From positions 187 to 64,186 of the forward strand of contig PKTJ01000066.1 of assembly GCA_002869205.1 (NCBI GenBank): DNA of 64,000 nucleotides, read 5' to 3'. Shown piece after piece: positions 47,104 through 55,864 of the stretch; positions within the stretch are counted from its first letter, which is position 1, and every line of letters begins with the position of its first letter. Below the pieces are notes generated by a model that saw only the letters and a list, made by a program, of their open reading frames with translations, searched no databases and was not told the origin of the DNA. This stretch comes from Candidatus Parcubacteria bacterium. Lineage in GTDB: Bacteria; Patescibacteriota; Patescibacteriia; Magasanikbacterales; UBA922. The translations under genes were made by a program, and so were the position numbers.

Positions 47104-48417
47104 ATGCCAAAAAAAGCTTCTAAAGAAAGAAAAACAATTTTTGACACTACAGATCTTGAGATAACTAAGGAAATCAAAAAAGCCTTGGGTATAATGGAAA
47201 ATACCAGAGACAATGTGTATGTGACAGGGAAAGCTGGAACAGGTAAGTCTACGCTGCTTAAGCATTTTTGTAATAACACGACAAAAAATATTGCCATAGT
47301 GGCACCAACTGGCGTGTCTGCTATTAACGTTGAAGGAGTGACGATTCATTCCTTTTTTAAATTTCCTTTTGGAATACTCGAGGAAAAAGATGTTGAATAT
47401 CATTTTTTCAAGCAGGATATTTTTAAAAATTTACAGACATTGGTTATAGACGAGGTTTCTATGATTCGATCAGACTTAATGAATGCGATAGACCTCGCAC
47501 TGCGAAAAAATACTGGAAAGAAAAATCTTCCATTTGGTGGAGTACAGGTTGTTATGTTTGGCGATCTTTATCAGTTGCCACCGGTGGTAACGAGCAGAGA
47601 AGAGCGAGATTATCTAAAAGAAACATTTGGAGGAATATATTTTTTTTATGCACCAGTTTTTAAAAAGATGAAGCTTAAGAAAATTAATTTGACCAAAATC
47701 TTTCGACAAAAGGACGATAAAAAATTTGTACAACTTTTGAATAGTATTCGTGAAAAAAAAGTATCAACACAAGATTTGAAAAATATCAACGAACGCGTAG
47801 TACCTTACAATAAGAAAAAAGAACCAGCCATAGTGTTGGCTACGGTAAATAAAACTGTAGATAATATCAATGAAGAAAAATTAGCGCAGATAAAACAAAA
47901 AGAATATACATTTCACCACACATTAACAGGAGATTTTGATGAAAAAAAGTCACCAGCTGATACTGAGCTGAAGTTAAAGAAAGGTGCTCAGATAATGATG
48001 ATTAGAAATGATAACCAAATACCACGTCGTTGGGCCAACGGCACTCTTGGTACAGTCACTACATTGTCAAAAGATAGAATTGTAGTAACAATTGGGGTAG
48101 AAAAATATGAGATAGAAAAAGCAACTTGGGATGATATGGAATATGAGTATGATGAAGAGGAAAAGATAATTGATCGTTTTTCAAAAGGTTCTTTTATACA
48201 ATATCCTCTCAAGCTTGCATGGGCGGTGACCATACACAAGAGTCAGGGTAAAACTTTTGATCGTGTTATTTTGGATTTGGGGCGCGGTGCGTTTACCCAT
48301 GGTCAAACGTATGTTGCATTTAGTAGGTGTACCACTCTTGATGAGATTTATCTCAAACAACCTGTGAGATTTTCAGATATTATTTTGGATAGCGAAGTAA
48401 AGGAATTTCATGAATAA
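47104..48417 (+). CDS. PIF1/RecD-family 5'-3' DNA helicase
   Basis: Walker A GKAGTGKST, DEVSM, GDLYQLPPV and C-terminal ITIHKSQGKTFD motifs. Confidence 0.8.
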   Translation: MPKKASKERKTIFDTTDLEITKEIKKALGIMENTRDNVYVTGKAGTGKSTLLKHFCNNTTKNIAIVAPTGVSAINVEGVTIHSFFKFPFGILEEKDVEYHFFKQDIFKNLQTLVIDEVSMIRSDLMNAIDLALRKNTGKKNLPFGGVQVVMFGDLYQLPPVVTSREERDYLKETFGGIYFFYAPVFKKMKLKKINLTKIFRQKDDKKFVQLLNSIREKKVSTQDLKNINERVVPYNKKKEPAIVLATVNKTVDNINEEKLAQIKQKEYTFHHTLTGDFDEKKSPADTELKLKKGAQIMMIRNDNQIPRRWANGTLGTVTTLSKDRIVVTIGVEKYEIEKATWDDMEYEYDEEEKIIDRFSKGSFIQYPLKLAWAVTIHKSQGKTFDRVILDLGRGAFTHGQTYVAFSRCTTLDEIYLKQPVRFSDIILDSEVKEFHE

Positions 48418-48423
48418 TGTGGC

Positions 48424-48595
48424 TTGACATATACATTGTTTTTAAGTACCATAGATATATCATTTATGAAACATATATGGCGTATGTGGAGATGATACAA
48501 ATCTAACGAGAGATCTGGCAACCAGTCAGATAACTTGGGTGGAACCCCCCGACGCACATCGGGGCCCGAGACCGTTTTTATGGTCTTTTTTTAAT
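48424..48595 (+). promoter_or_regulatory. promoter (TTGACA-17-TACCAT) plus candidate glycine T-box leader with terminator upstream of glyQS
   Basis: AGAGA box, specifier-candidate GGC within ATCTGGCAACC, T-box-like AACTTGGGTGGAACC (UGGA fits the tRNA-Gly discriminator U), then hairpins and a T7 run 45 nt before the glyQS start. Confidence 0.5.
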
Positions 48596-48637
48596 GTAAC
48601 ATATCAGGTATAATTAACATACACATAATATAAATAT

Positions 48638-49948
48638 ATGACTTTAGATAGTTTAGAACCAGTCGTTTCTTTAGCAAAACGTCGTGGTTTTATTTTTCCT
48701 GGATCAGACATCTACGGAGGGCTTGCTAATAGTTGGGACTATGGTCCTCTTGGTGCACAAATGCGCATGAATATTAAGACTGACTGGTGGAAGAAAATTG
48801 TAGAACAGCGCGCAGACATGGTTGGGCTTGATGGTGCCATCATGATGAACCCAAAAGTATGGGAAGCAAGTGGACACGTGGACACGTTTAATGATCCTTT
48901 GGTGGAATGTAAGAAATGTAACAAGCGTTTCCGAGCTGATACTATGACAGGTGAAGAAAAATGTCTCAAAGGAAAAGATCATGAACTGTCAGAACCACGC
49001 ACTTTTAATCTCATGTTTCAGACAAGTCTCGGGAAGACAGGAGAAGACAAAGGAATGGTGTATCTTCGTCCCGAAACAGCTCAAGCAATGTTTGTAAATT
49101 TTAAACATGTATTAGATACAACACGCAAACGTCTGCCATTTGGTATCGCTCAGATTGGAAAAGCATTTCGTAATGAAATTACGCCAGGTAATTTCACGTT
49201 TCGTACGCTTGAATTTGAACAGATGGAAATTGAATATTTTCTTGAGGAAGAAGATTGGAAAGAATCTTTTGAGTCGTGGGCAAATTGGATGGAAGAATGG
49301 GCAGCGTCAGTTGGTATCAATCCAGACATGCTACATCGCTTAGAAGTTCCCGAGGAAGAGCTTGCACATTATTCCAAACGTACGCTCGATTTTGAATTTG
49401 ATTTTCCATTTGGAACAAAAGAATTGTGGGGCCTTGCATATCGCACTGATTTTGATTTGAAAAATCATGAAAAACATTCAGGAGAATCTCTCGTATATTC
49501 TGATCCGGCTGACAATAAGAGAAAAGTAGTGCCGCATGTGGTAGAGCCAACATTTGGTGTTGATCGTACACTTCTAGCAATGCTTGTGAGTGCGTATAGT
49601 GAAGAAGAAGTAAAAGATGGTGACACACGTGTGGTAATGCAATTCAAACCACATATGGCACCATATCACATTGCGGTATTACCGTTATCAAAAAAAGAAG
49701 AGCTTTCAGGTGTAACACACGAAATTTTTGAAGATCTCATAAAGACATATCGATGTGAGTATGATGACACCGGAAGTATTGGTAAGCGTTATCGTCGTCA
49801 AGACGAAATTGGTACACCATATTGTGTTACGGTTGACTTTGACTCACTCGAGGACAAGGCAGTGACTGTACGTGACCGTGATACTATGGAACAGGAGAGG
49901 ATCTCTATTGAAGAGTTAAAAAATTATTTTGAAAATAAATTTAATTAA
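48638..49948 (+). CDS. glyQS: glycine--tRNA ligase (alpha2 type)
   Basis: Class II motifs, WDYGPLG, Zn-ribbon-like CKKC, 436 aa. Confidence 0.9.
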   Translation: MTLDSLEPVVSLAKRRGFIFPGSDIYGGLANSWDYGPLGAQMRMNIKTDWWKKIVEQRADMVGLDGAIMMNPKVWEASGHVDTFNDPLVECKKCNKRFRADTMTGEEKCLKGKDHELSEPRTFNLMFQTSLGKTGEDKGMVYLRPETAQAMFVNFKHVLDTTRKRLPFGIAQIGKAFRNEITPGNFTFRTLEFEQMEIEYFLEEEDWKESFESWANWMEEWAASVGINPDMLHRLEVPEEELAHYSKRTLDFEFDFPFGTKELWGLAYRTDFDLKNHEKHSGESLVYSDPADNKRKVVPHVVEPTFGVDRTLLAMLVSAYSEEEVKDGDTRVVMQFKPHMAPYHIAVLPLSKKEELSGVTHEIFEDLIKTYRCEYDDTGSIGKRYRRQDEIGTPYCVTVDFDSLEDKAVTVRDRDTMEQERISIEELKNYFENKFN

Positions 49949-49959
49949 ATTTAATATTT

Positions 49960-50454
49960 TTGTTGCGTATGGGTGGTGTGGGATTTGGAAAAACAAGAGA
50001 AATAAATAGAACAATAGTAGAAGATGATACGCTAGATACAGAGCCCTGTACTCTTGGCGGAGCGTCTTTGTCACAAGAAGAAAGTTCACCTGATGTGTCT
50101 TCACACGAAGTAGTTACACAGGAGCACGATATCCCAACATCTATTGAAAAAGCGAAAAAGCAGAAAGAGGAATTCGAGTGTGCTTTTAAGAAAGAATTTC
50201 CAACAATGTTTGAAGGTAGAGAGAGAACGGTCTTTGATTGTATTCAGATGTTTGTGGATCAAGATGGTGCTGGTAATCATGAGTTCAAAAAAAGAGGTGA
50301 ACTTACGAAAGCAGACTTGGATAGACGAGAGGAATATGAAAGTGATCTTCTTGAAATATATAAGAGTGGGAGAGGGAGAGATTATGAAGATGCACTTCTA
50401 GAATATCAAGGTATAATCCTTTGTTTGAGAGATTTAACTACTCGAAAGAAATAA
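49960..50454 (+). CDS. hypothetical protein (164 aa)
   Basis: ORF only. Confidence 0.35.
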   Translation: MLRMGGVGFGKTREINRTIVEDDTLDTEPCTLGGASLSQEESSPDVSSHEVVTQEHDIPTSIEKAKKQKEEFECAFKKEFPTMFEGRERTVFDCIQMFVDQDGAGNHEFKKRGELTKADLDRREEYESDLLEIYKSGRGRDYEDALLEYQGIILCLRDLTTRKK

Positions 50455-50747
50455 TCTTTAATATAACACATATGAAACCAGGTAATCCATCTATGGAGGC
50501 AATGCGTGAACAAAGGGCGTTTCGCATAGAGGCTATCGAAGGACAATTAGGTATCGTCAGGGCAAAGTTAGATACTTTGTTTAAAGATAAAGGAGGTTAT
50601 GATATTAATTCTGAAGGGCTCATCTTACAAAAAGAGAGCGAAGTTGTGTTTGAGGGAGATGAGACTGAGGTTTTAAGAGAATCTCAAGAACAATTATTTT
50701 CTTTATATAGAGAACTGAATATACTCAAATCTCAAGAACAAAAATAA
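50421..50747 (+). CDS. hypothetical protein (probable start at MKPGNPS, 50472)
   Basis: ORF only. Confidence 0.35.
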   Translation: MFERFNYSKEIIFNITHMKPGNPSMEAMREQRAFRIEAIEGQLGIVRAKLDTLFKDKGGYDINSEGLILQKESEVVFEGDETEVLRESQEQLFSLYRELNILKSQEQK

Positions 50748-50750
50748 ATT

Positions 50751-52010
50751 ATGTACGAAACATATACATTGAATAATAAAGCACAAGTAATATTTGTCCC
50801 TGTTGAAGGTACGAAATCCGTGACCACGCTTGTTATGTATCCTGTTGGTTCACGCTATGAATCTGAAAAAATGTCCGGTGTATCACACTACGTAGAACAC
50901 CTTATGTTCAAGGGGACAAAGAAGCGCCCAAACACACTCAAACTGACACGAGAAATTGATCGTCTTGGTGCACACTATAATGCGTTTACGGGGAAAGAAT
51001 ATACTGGTTACTATATTACGACTGATGCTGGTTATACCCAGACTGCAATTGATATTTTGTCAGACATGCTTTTTGATTCTCTCTACGATCCAAAAGAAAT
51101 GGAACGTGAAAAAGGGGTAATTGTCGAAGAGATTAGAATGTACAAAGATAATCCACTCATGAACATTGATAATATTTTTGAAGATCTCATGTACGAAGGG
51201 TCTCCGCTTGGTAGAGATATTGCCGGTACTGAGAAACATGTACTTGGGTACAAGCGCAAAGATGTTCTTAATTATCGAGACAAATATTATGAACCTCAAA
51301 ACATGATTATTGCAGTGGCAGGCGCGGTGGATGATAAGACAAAAGAATTAGTAAAAGAATATTTTGGCTCAAGGAAAAATAAAAAGTCATCATCAAAATC
51401 ATTTAAGCCATATTGTTTTGGTTCAGAAAAAAAAGAAGACAGGATTTTGGTTGAGCACAAAGAAACAGACCAAGCGCAGCTTATGCTCGGATTTCCTGGA
51501 TTTAAATATGATGACAAACGAAATGTTGTAGAAGGTGTAATGAATACTATACTTGGTGGTTCCATGAGTTCTCGTTTGTTTATTCAAATTCGTGAGCGCA
51601 GAGGCTTGGCATATATGATTCGTAGCGGATCTGATAATTTTCGTGACACCGGGTACGCATACATACGTGCAGGACTTGATGCAAAAAATATAAACAAAGC
51701 AATTAGTGTAATTAAAAAGGAAATAGAAAAGATTGTAAAAAATGGTGTGACAAAAAAAGAATTAGAAGATGCAAAAACGCATATTCGTGGATCACTCACA
51801 CTGTCTCTTGAAGATTCTGGTGCACAAGCTAGTTGGTATGCGCGCCAAGTGATGTTTGTGCCGACAATTAAGACACCAGAACAAAGACTTGCAGAAATTG
51901 ATAACGTGACAAATGAAGATATTAAACGTGTAGCAAAACAAATTTTCAAATGGAATAAAATGCGTATCTCTGTGATTGGAAATGTCCAAAAAGAAGATAT
52001 TAAATTTTAA
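50751..52010 (+). CDS. M16 family (pitrilysin/insulinase-like) zinc peptidase
   Basis: Inverted zinc motif HxxEH (HYVEHLMFKGT) and downstream E. Confidence 0.85.
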   Translation: MYETYTLNNKAQVIFVPVEGTKSVTTLVMYPVGSRYESEKMSGVSHYVEHLMFKGTKKRPNTLKLTREIDRLGAHYNAFTGKEYTGYYITTDAGYTQTAIDILSDMLFDSLYDPKEMEREKGVIVEEIRMYKDNPLMNIDNIFEDLMYEGSPLGRDIAGTEKHVLGYKRKDVLNYRDKYYEPQNMIIAVAGAVDDKTKELVKEYFGSRKNKKSSSKSFKPYCFGSEKKEDRILVEHKETDQAQLMLGFPGFKYDDKRNVVEGVMNTILGGSMSSRLFIQIRERRGLAYMIRSGSDNFRDTGYAYIRAGLDAKNINKAISVIKKEIEKIVKNGVTKKELEDAKTHIRGSLTLSLEDSGAQASWYARQVMFVPTIKTPEQRLAEIDNVTNEDIKRVAKQIFKWNKMRISVIGNVQKEDIKF

Positions 52011-52013
52011 TTA

Positions 52014-52100
52014 AGATCCTGATATTCGGATACCCTTAGGGCATTTCTCTCCGGGAATAATCCAGATTTACAGATATCACATCCGTAGATCTGGATTATC
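52014..52100. repeat. palindromic intergenic repeat family P, copy 5 (with an ACCCTTAGGGCATTTCTCTCCGGG insert)
   Basis: ATTCGGATACCC...AATCCAGATTTACAGATATC...ATCTGGATTATCCGGAAATCAG. Confidence 0.65.
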
Positions 52101-52126
52101 CGGAAATCAGTATATAAAATAGTTTT

Positions 52127-52867
52127 ATGAAATATATATTTGGTAATTGGAAAATGTATTTAAACACACAACAGAGTATTGATCTTGCTCGTGAATTTGC
52201 ACAACTCGTCCAAGATGGTGATGGGGTTGAATACGCTGTATTTCCAAACACACTTGCATTTTATGACGTAGCCGCAGAACTAAAGAACAGTCCAGTAGCA
52301 ACAGGAGCGCAAAATGTTGGTTGGACACCGCAAGGTGCTTATACAGGTTCTACGTCTGCATTTATGTTTAGTGATGCTGGTGCCAAATATGCTTTGGTAG
52401 GGCACTCAGAACGACGCCATGTATTTGGAGAGACAAATGAAGATGTGAGAAAGAGGCTTGAGGCAAGTATTGATGTGGGGCTTACACCTGTGTTATGTAT
52501 TGGTGAGACAAAAGAGGATCGAGATGCTGATAAGACTGAATATAGGCTCAAAAAACAGCTTTTGAAGGCATTTGAGAACCTTTCGTTGAATGGCAATCGT
52601 GTGATCGTCGCTTATGAGCCTGTATGGGCAATTGGTACAGGTGATGCTTGTGTGCCAGAAGAGGCACAACGTGTAATTAATCTTATAAAACAGGAGATCA
52701 AACAGTATGTAGATACAGATGTTCCTGTGCTGTATGGAGGTAGCGTTTCTGCTGACAATGTGGTATCATATGTTTCGCTTCCAGATATCGACGGTGTGTT
52801 GGTTGGTGGAGCATCTAGCAAGGCTGAATCATTTATGACATTAATTAATAATGCGATTTCTGCATAG
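52127..52867 (+). CDS. tpiA: triosephosphate isomerase
   Basis: NWKM, VGHSERR, AYEPVWAIGTG, GGSV motifs. Confidence 0.95.
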   Translation: MKYIFGNWKMYLNTQQSIDLAREFAQLVQDGDGVEYAVFPNTLAFYDVAAELKNSPVATGAQNVGWTPQGAYTGSTSAFMFSDAGAKYALVGHSERRHVFGETNEDVRKRLEASIDVGLTPVLCIGETKEDRDADKTEYRLKKQLLKAFENLSLNGNRVIVAYEPVWAIGTGDACVPEEAQRVINLIKQEIKQYVDTDVPVLYGGSVSADNVVSYVSLPDIDGVLVGGASSKAESFMTLINNAISA

Positions 52868-52870
52868 TGT

Positions 52871-53767
52871 ATGACGGTTATACTACCATTTATACTTATC
52901 GCGGTTTCACTTGGAGTGATTATCGTTATTATTGTACGCAAATATCCACAATTATTGTTGCTTGATATTGATTCCCTTCCTGAAATCCAACAATCAAGGA
53001 AAAAAGATATCATTATAAAAAAACGTGCTGAAAAAGAAAGTAAACACTTGTATACCAAACTTTTTGAATCACTAAAACCAGCAATACAAAAATTAAAAGA
53101 TATACAGCTTTTGTTTCGTAAGTTTGTCGGTCGTATTGAGCGAAAATCTGCAATGGAGGATGGTAAGCGTGCAAAATCTGGAAGTCAAGAATATAAAAAA
53201 CAAAAAGAAAAAGAATCTCTCACTCTTGTCCAGGATGCATCTCAAGATGTAGATCAGGATGATTTTGCTACAGCTGAGAAGAAGTATCTGGCAGCACTCA
53301 AGGCAGATGCTAAGAATAAGGATGCGTACAAAGGTTTGGCCCATGTTTATTATCAGCAAGGTCAAAAACAAGAAGCAAAAGAGACATATAAATTTATATT
53401 ACAACTTGATGATAATGATGAAGAGACTCATTTGAAACTTGGAGAAATGGCGGAAGAAGAAGGAGATATTCAGGAAGCTGTGGAATGTTATCAACAGGCA
53501 GTGATTCTCAACCCTCACAATCCACAACGGTTTGTTAAGATCTATGATCTGTTATTTGGGATAGAACAGTATGAGACGGCACTTGAGGCCATAGAGCAGG
53601 CTCTGGAGCTTGAGCCTCAAAATCCCAAATATCTTGACAATTTCGTAGAAACGAGTATAATAATCGGGCGTAAAGATCTCGCAGAAGAGGGAATACAGCG
53701 TTTACGTATGATAAATCCAGAAAATCAGAAGCTCCAGACGTTTAAACAGCGTATTGAGGAACTGTAA
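52871..53767 (+). CDS. TPR-repeat protein with N-terminal TM anchor
   Basis: N-terminal TM helix and multiple TPR-like 34-residue repeats (AxxxYxxxGxxxEA patterns). Confidence 0.6.
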   Translation: MTVILPFILIAVSLGVIIVIIVRKYPQLLLLDIDSLPEIQQSRKKDIIIKKRAEKESKHLYTKLFESLKPAIQKLKDIQLLFRKFVGRIERKSAMEDGKRAKSGSQEYKKQKEKESLTLVQDASQDVDQDDFATAEKKYLAALKADAKNKDAYKGLAHVYYQQGQKQEAKETYKFILQLDDNDEETHLKLGEMAEEEGDIQEAVECYQQAVILNPHNPQRFVKIYDLLFGIEQYETALEAIEQALELEPQNPKYLDNFVETSIIIGRKDLAEEGIQRLRMINPENQKLQTFKQRIEEL

Positions 53768-53775
53768 AAATTTAT

Positions 53776-53849
53776 GCCAACTTAGCTCAGCTGGTTAGAG
53801 CAACTGTTTTGTAAACAGTAGGTCCGGGGTTCGAATCCCCGAGTTGGCT
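53776..53849 (+). tRNA. tRNA-Thr (anticodon TGT)
   Basis: Manual cloverleaf: acceptor GCCAACT/AGTTGGC, D-arm GCTCAGCTGGTTAGAGC, anticodon loop TTTGTAA, T-loop GGGGTTCGAATCCCC. Confidence 0.75.
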
Positions 53850-53853
53850 CGAA

Positions 53854-53931
53854 GAGAGTTTGAAAGTTTATAAAGTAAAAAGTTAAAAGAATTCCTTTTA
53901 AACTTTCTGACTTTAGAAACTTTAAGAACTG
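53854..53931. repeat. AAAGTT-motif inverted-repeat element between the two tRNAs (centre GAATTCC)
   Basis: GAGTTTGAAAGTTTATAAAGTAAAAAGTTAAAAG / CTTTTAAACTTTCTGACTTTAGAAACTTTAAGAAC. Confidence 0.5.
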
Positions 53932-53937
53932 TTTCAC

Positions 53938-54019
53938 GGGTCGGTTCCCGAGCGGTCAAAGGGGGCAGACTGTAAATCTGCTGGCTCCGCCTTCGAAGGT
54001 TCGAATCCTTCCCGGCCCA
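53938..54019 (+). tRNA. tRNA-Tyr (anticodon GTA), long variable arm
   Basis: Manual fold: acceptor GGGTCGG/CCGGCCC, anticodon stem-loop GCAGA-CTGTAAA-TCTGC, variable arm GGCTCCGCC, T-loop GAAGGTTCGAATCCTTC. Confidence 0.75.
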
Positions 54020-54096
54020 CAAAATCCTTGTGTGAAATACATGAGGATTTTTTTATTGTTTAGATGTTTTTTTTAAGGTATACTTTCTTTGAATAT

Positions 54097-54183
54097 AGTT
54101 TTTAAAGTTTCTAAAGTTGAAAAGTTCATAAAGAGTAAAATGTGTATGGAACTTTTAACTTTATGAACTTTATAACTTTTTAC
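54097..54183. repeat. AAAGTT-motif inverted-repeat element upstream of pyk
   Basis: TTTTTAAAGTTTCTAAAGTTGAAAAGTTCATAAAG ... GAACTTTTAACTTTATGAACTTTATAACTTTTTAC. Confidence 0.5.
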
Positions 54184-54190
54184 TTGTGTT

Positions 54191-55627
54191 ATGACAAAAC
54201 AAACAAAAATTGTATGTACCATAGGTCCAGCATGTGAAACCGTGGAGACGCTCGAAAAAATGGTGAAAGCGGGGATGAATGTTGCACGATTGAATTTTTC
54301 TCATGGTTCATACGAGCACCATAAAAAACTTATAGCCAATATTCGTGAAGTAGAAAAACGTACAGGCGAACCTGTCGCAATTGTGCAGGATTTGCAAGGA
54401 CCAAAAATTCGTATTGGGGATTTGGGTGAAAAGGGTATCAAGCTTATACCGGGTGAAGATATATATTTTTCTACTGACATGACCGATAGGCAATCTATTC
54501 CTATTCAGTATGAACACTTGCATGAATATATAAAACGCGGCGAGAAGATGTTGCTCGACGATGGAAAAATGGAAGTAAAAATTTTGGATGTAGAAGGAAA
54601 GAAAATAAGAACAAAAATTATCGTAGGTGGTCTGTTGCTCGCGCACAAGGGAATCAATATTCCCGAATCCGATTTGTCTCAAATGCAAGTGCTTACATCA
54701 AAAGACAAAAGTGATGTGCGCTTTGGTGTGGAAAATGGTGTGGATATGATTGCGTTGTCCTTTGTCATGAAGCCAGATGATATTTTGGATCTACGTTTTC
54801 ATGTAAAACAAGTGGAATCAGAATTAGATATTGTAGGCAATCAGCCAATTCGACTTATTGCTAAAATAGAAAAACCAGAAGCAGTAGAACGTATGGAGGA
54901 GATTGTTCAGGTGGTAGATGGAATCATGGTGGCTCGTGGAGATCTAGGACTTGAGATCCCAGCCGAAGAAGTTCCTCTTGTGCAGAAAAAACTAATTGAC
55001 ACAGCGATGGAAGCTGGAAAGCCAGTGATTGTTGCTACGCAGATGCTTGATTCTATGCAGCATAATCCACGTCCAACGCGTGCTGAGGTGTCTGATGTAT
55101 CAAATGCCGTTATTGATCATACTGATGCAGTCATGCTTTCCAATGAGACGGCAGCAGGGGAATATCCTGTTGAGACTGTCGCAACTATGGCACGAATCAT
55201 TGCAGAGACTGAAAAATCTCATTATGATGATTTGCCATTTCGAGAACCAAAGACAAAGATTCACAAGATCGACGATACTATTAGTGGATTGTCTCGAGTC
55301 ATGGCAGAAAAGATTGGTGCAAAACTTATTTTGGCTGCTTCCATCTCTGGTGAAACAGGCCGACTCATTTCTCGTTATCGTCCCGAGTTTCCTATTGTTG
55401 TTGCGACAAGTACAGATCGTGTGCAACGTCAATTGAATTTATCATGGGGTGTACGACCGTTTATCCTCATGCCGTGTAATTCTATTGAAGAGCTTGTGGA
55501 TCGTGCAGTGATACATCTAAAAAAAGAAGATTTGGTCAAAATTAATGACAAAATTATTGTGGTAGCAGGGGAGCCAGTCGGACATGCAGGACATGTGAAT
55601 TTATTGGAAGTTAGAGAAGTAAAGTAG
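54191..55627 (+). CDS. pyk: pyruvate kinase
   Basis: KIVCTIGPA, MNVARLNFSHG, MVARGDLG motifs; 478 aa. Confidence 0.95.
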   Translation: MTKQTKIVCTIGPACETVETLEKMVKAGMNVARLNFSHGSYEHHKKLIANIREVEKRTGEPVAIVQDLQGPKIRIGDLGEKGIKLIPGEDIYFSTDMTDRQSIPIQYEHLHEYIKRGEKMLLDDGKMEVKILDVEGKKIRTKIIVGGLLLAHKGINIPESDLSQMQVLTSKDKSDVRFGVENGVDMIALSFVMKPDDILDLRFHVKQVESELDIVGNQPIRLIAKIEKPEAVERMEEIVQVVDGIMVARGDLGLEIPAEEVPLVQKKLIDTAMEAGKPVIVATQMLDSMQHNPRPTRAEVSDVSNAVIDHTDAVMLSNETAAGEYPVETVATMARIIAETEKSHYDDLPFREPKTKIHKIDDTISGLSRVMAEKIGAKLILAASISGETGRLISRYRPEFPIVVATSTDRVQRQLNLSWGVRPFILMPCNSIEELVDRAVIHLKKEDLVKINDKIIVVAGEPVGHAGHVNLLEVREVK

Positions 55628-55711
55628 TGCGTAGTAGGGGGTGTGCCTGCCCGTCCGAAGCCTCGGCGTAGGAGGGTGAATATGCTTGAGGTGAGAGAGG
55701 TGGGGTAAATA
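55628..55711 (+). pseudogene. GC-rich relic of a second pyruvate kinase C-terminus (..VVGGVPARPKPRRRRVNMLEVREVG*) immediately after the pyk stop
   Basis: In-frame translation matches the host pyk tail VVAGEPVGHAGHVNLLEVREVK, with G/C at the synonymous positions. Confidence 0.5.
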
Positions 55712-55727
55712 ATATTTTAAACAAAAA

Positions 55728-55756
55728 AACATCGCCTGTATGGCGGTGTTTTTAAT
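55728..55756 (+). terminator. rho-independent terminator
   Basis: CATCGCC-tgta-TGGCGGTG followed by a T-run. Confidence 0.6.
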
Positions 55757-55864
55757 TATACTAACTTCGCTCTGTTTGGACTCATTATCTTCGTCTTTTA
55801 ACAAAGCTAATGAATCGGGCGGGAGCGAAGGTAGCATGGTTGTGAGTAGCAGTCGCGCCGTCCG

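Noticed and set aside
53795-54022. 75-aa minus-strand ORF
   Set aside because: It overlaps both tRNA-Thr and tRNA-Tyr, so it is an artefact.
22226-54183. AAAGTT-type repeats as a possible CRISPR array
   Set aside because: Unit lengths are 8-16 bp, irregular and contiguous, with no unique spacers of uniform length and no cas genes. They are not CRISPR.
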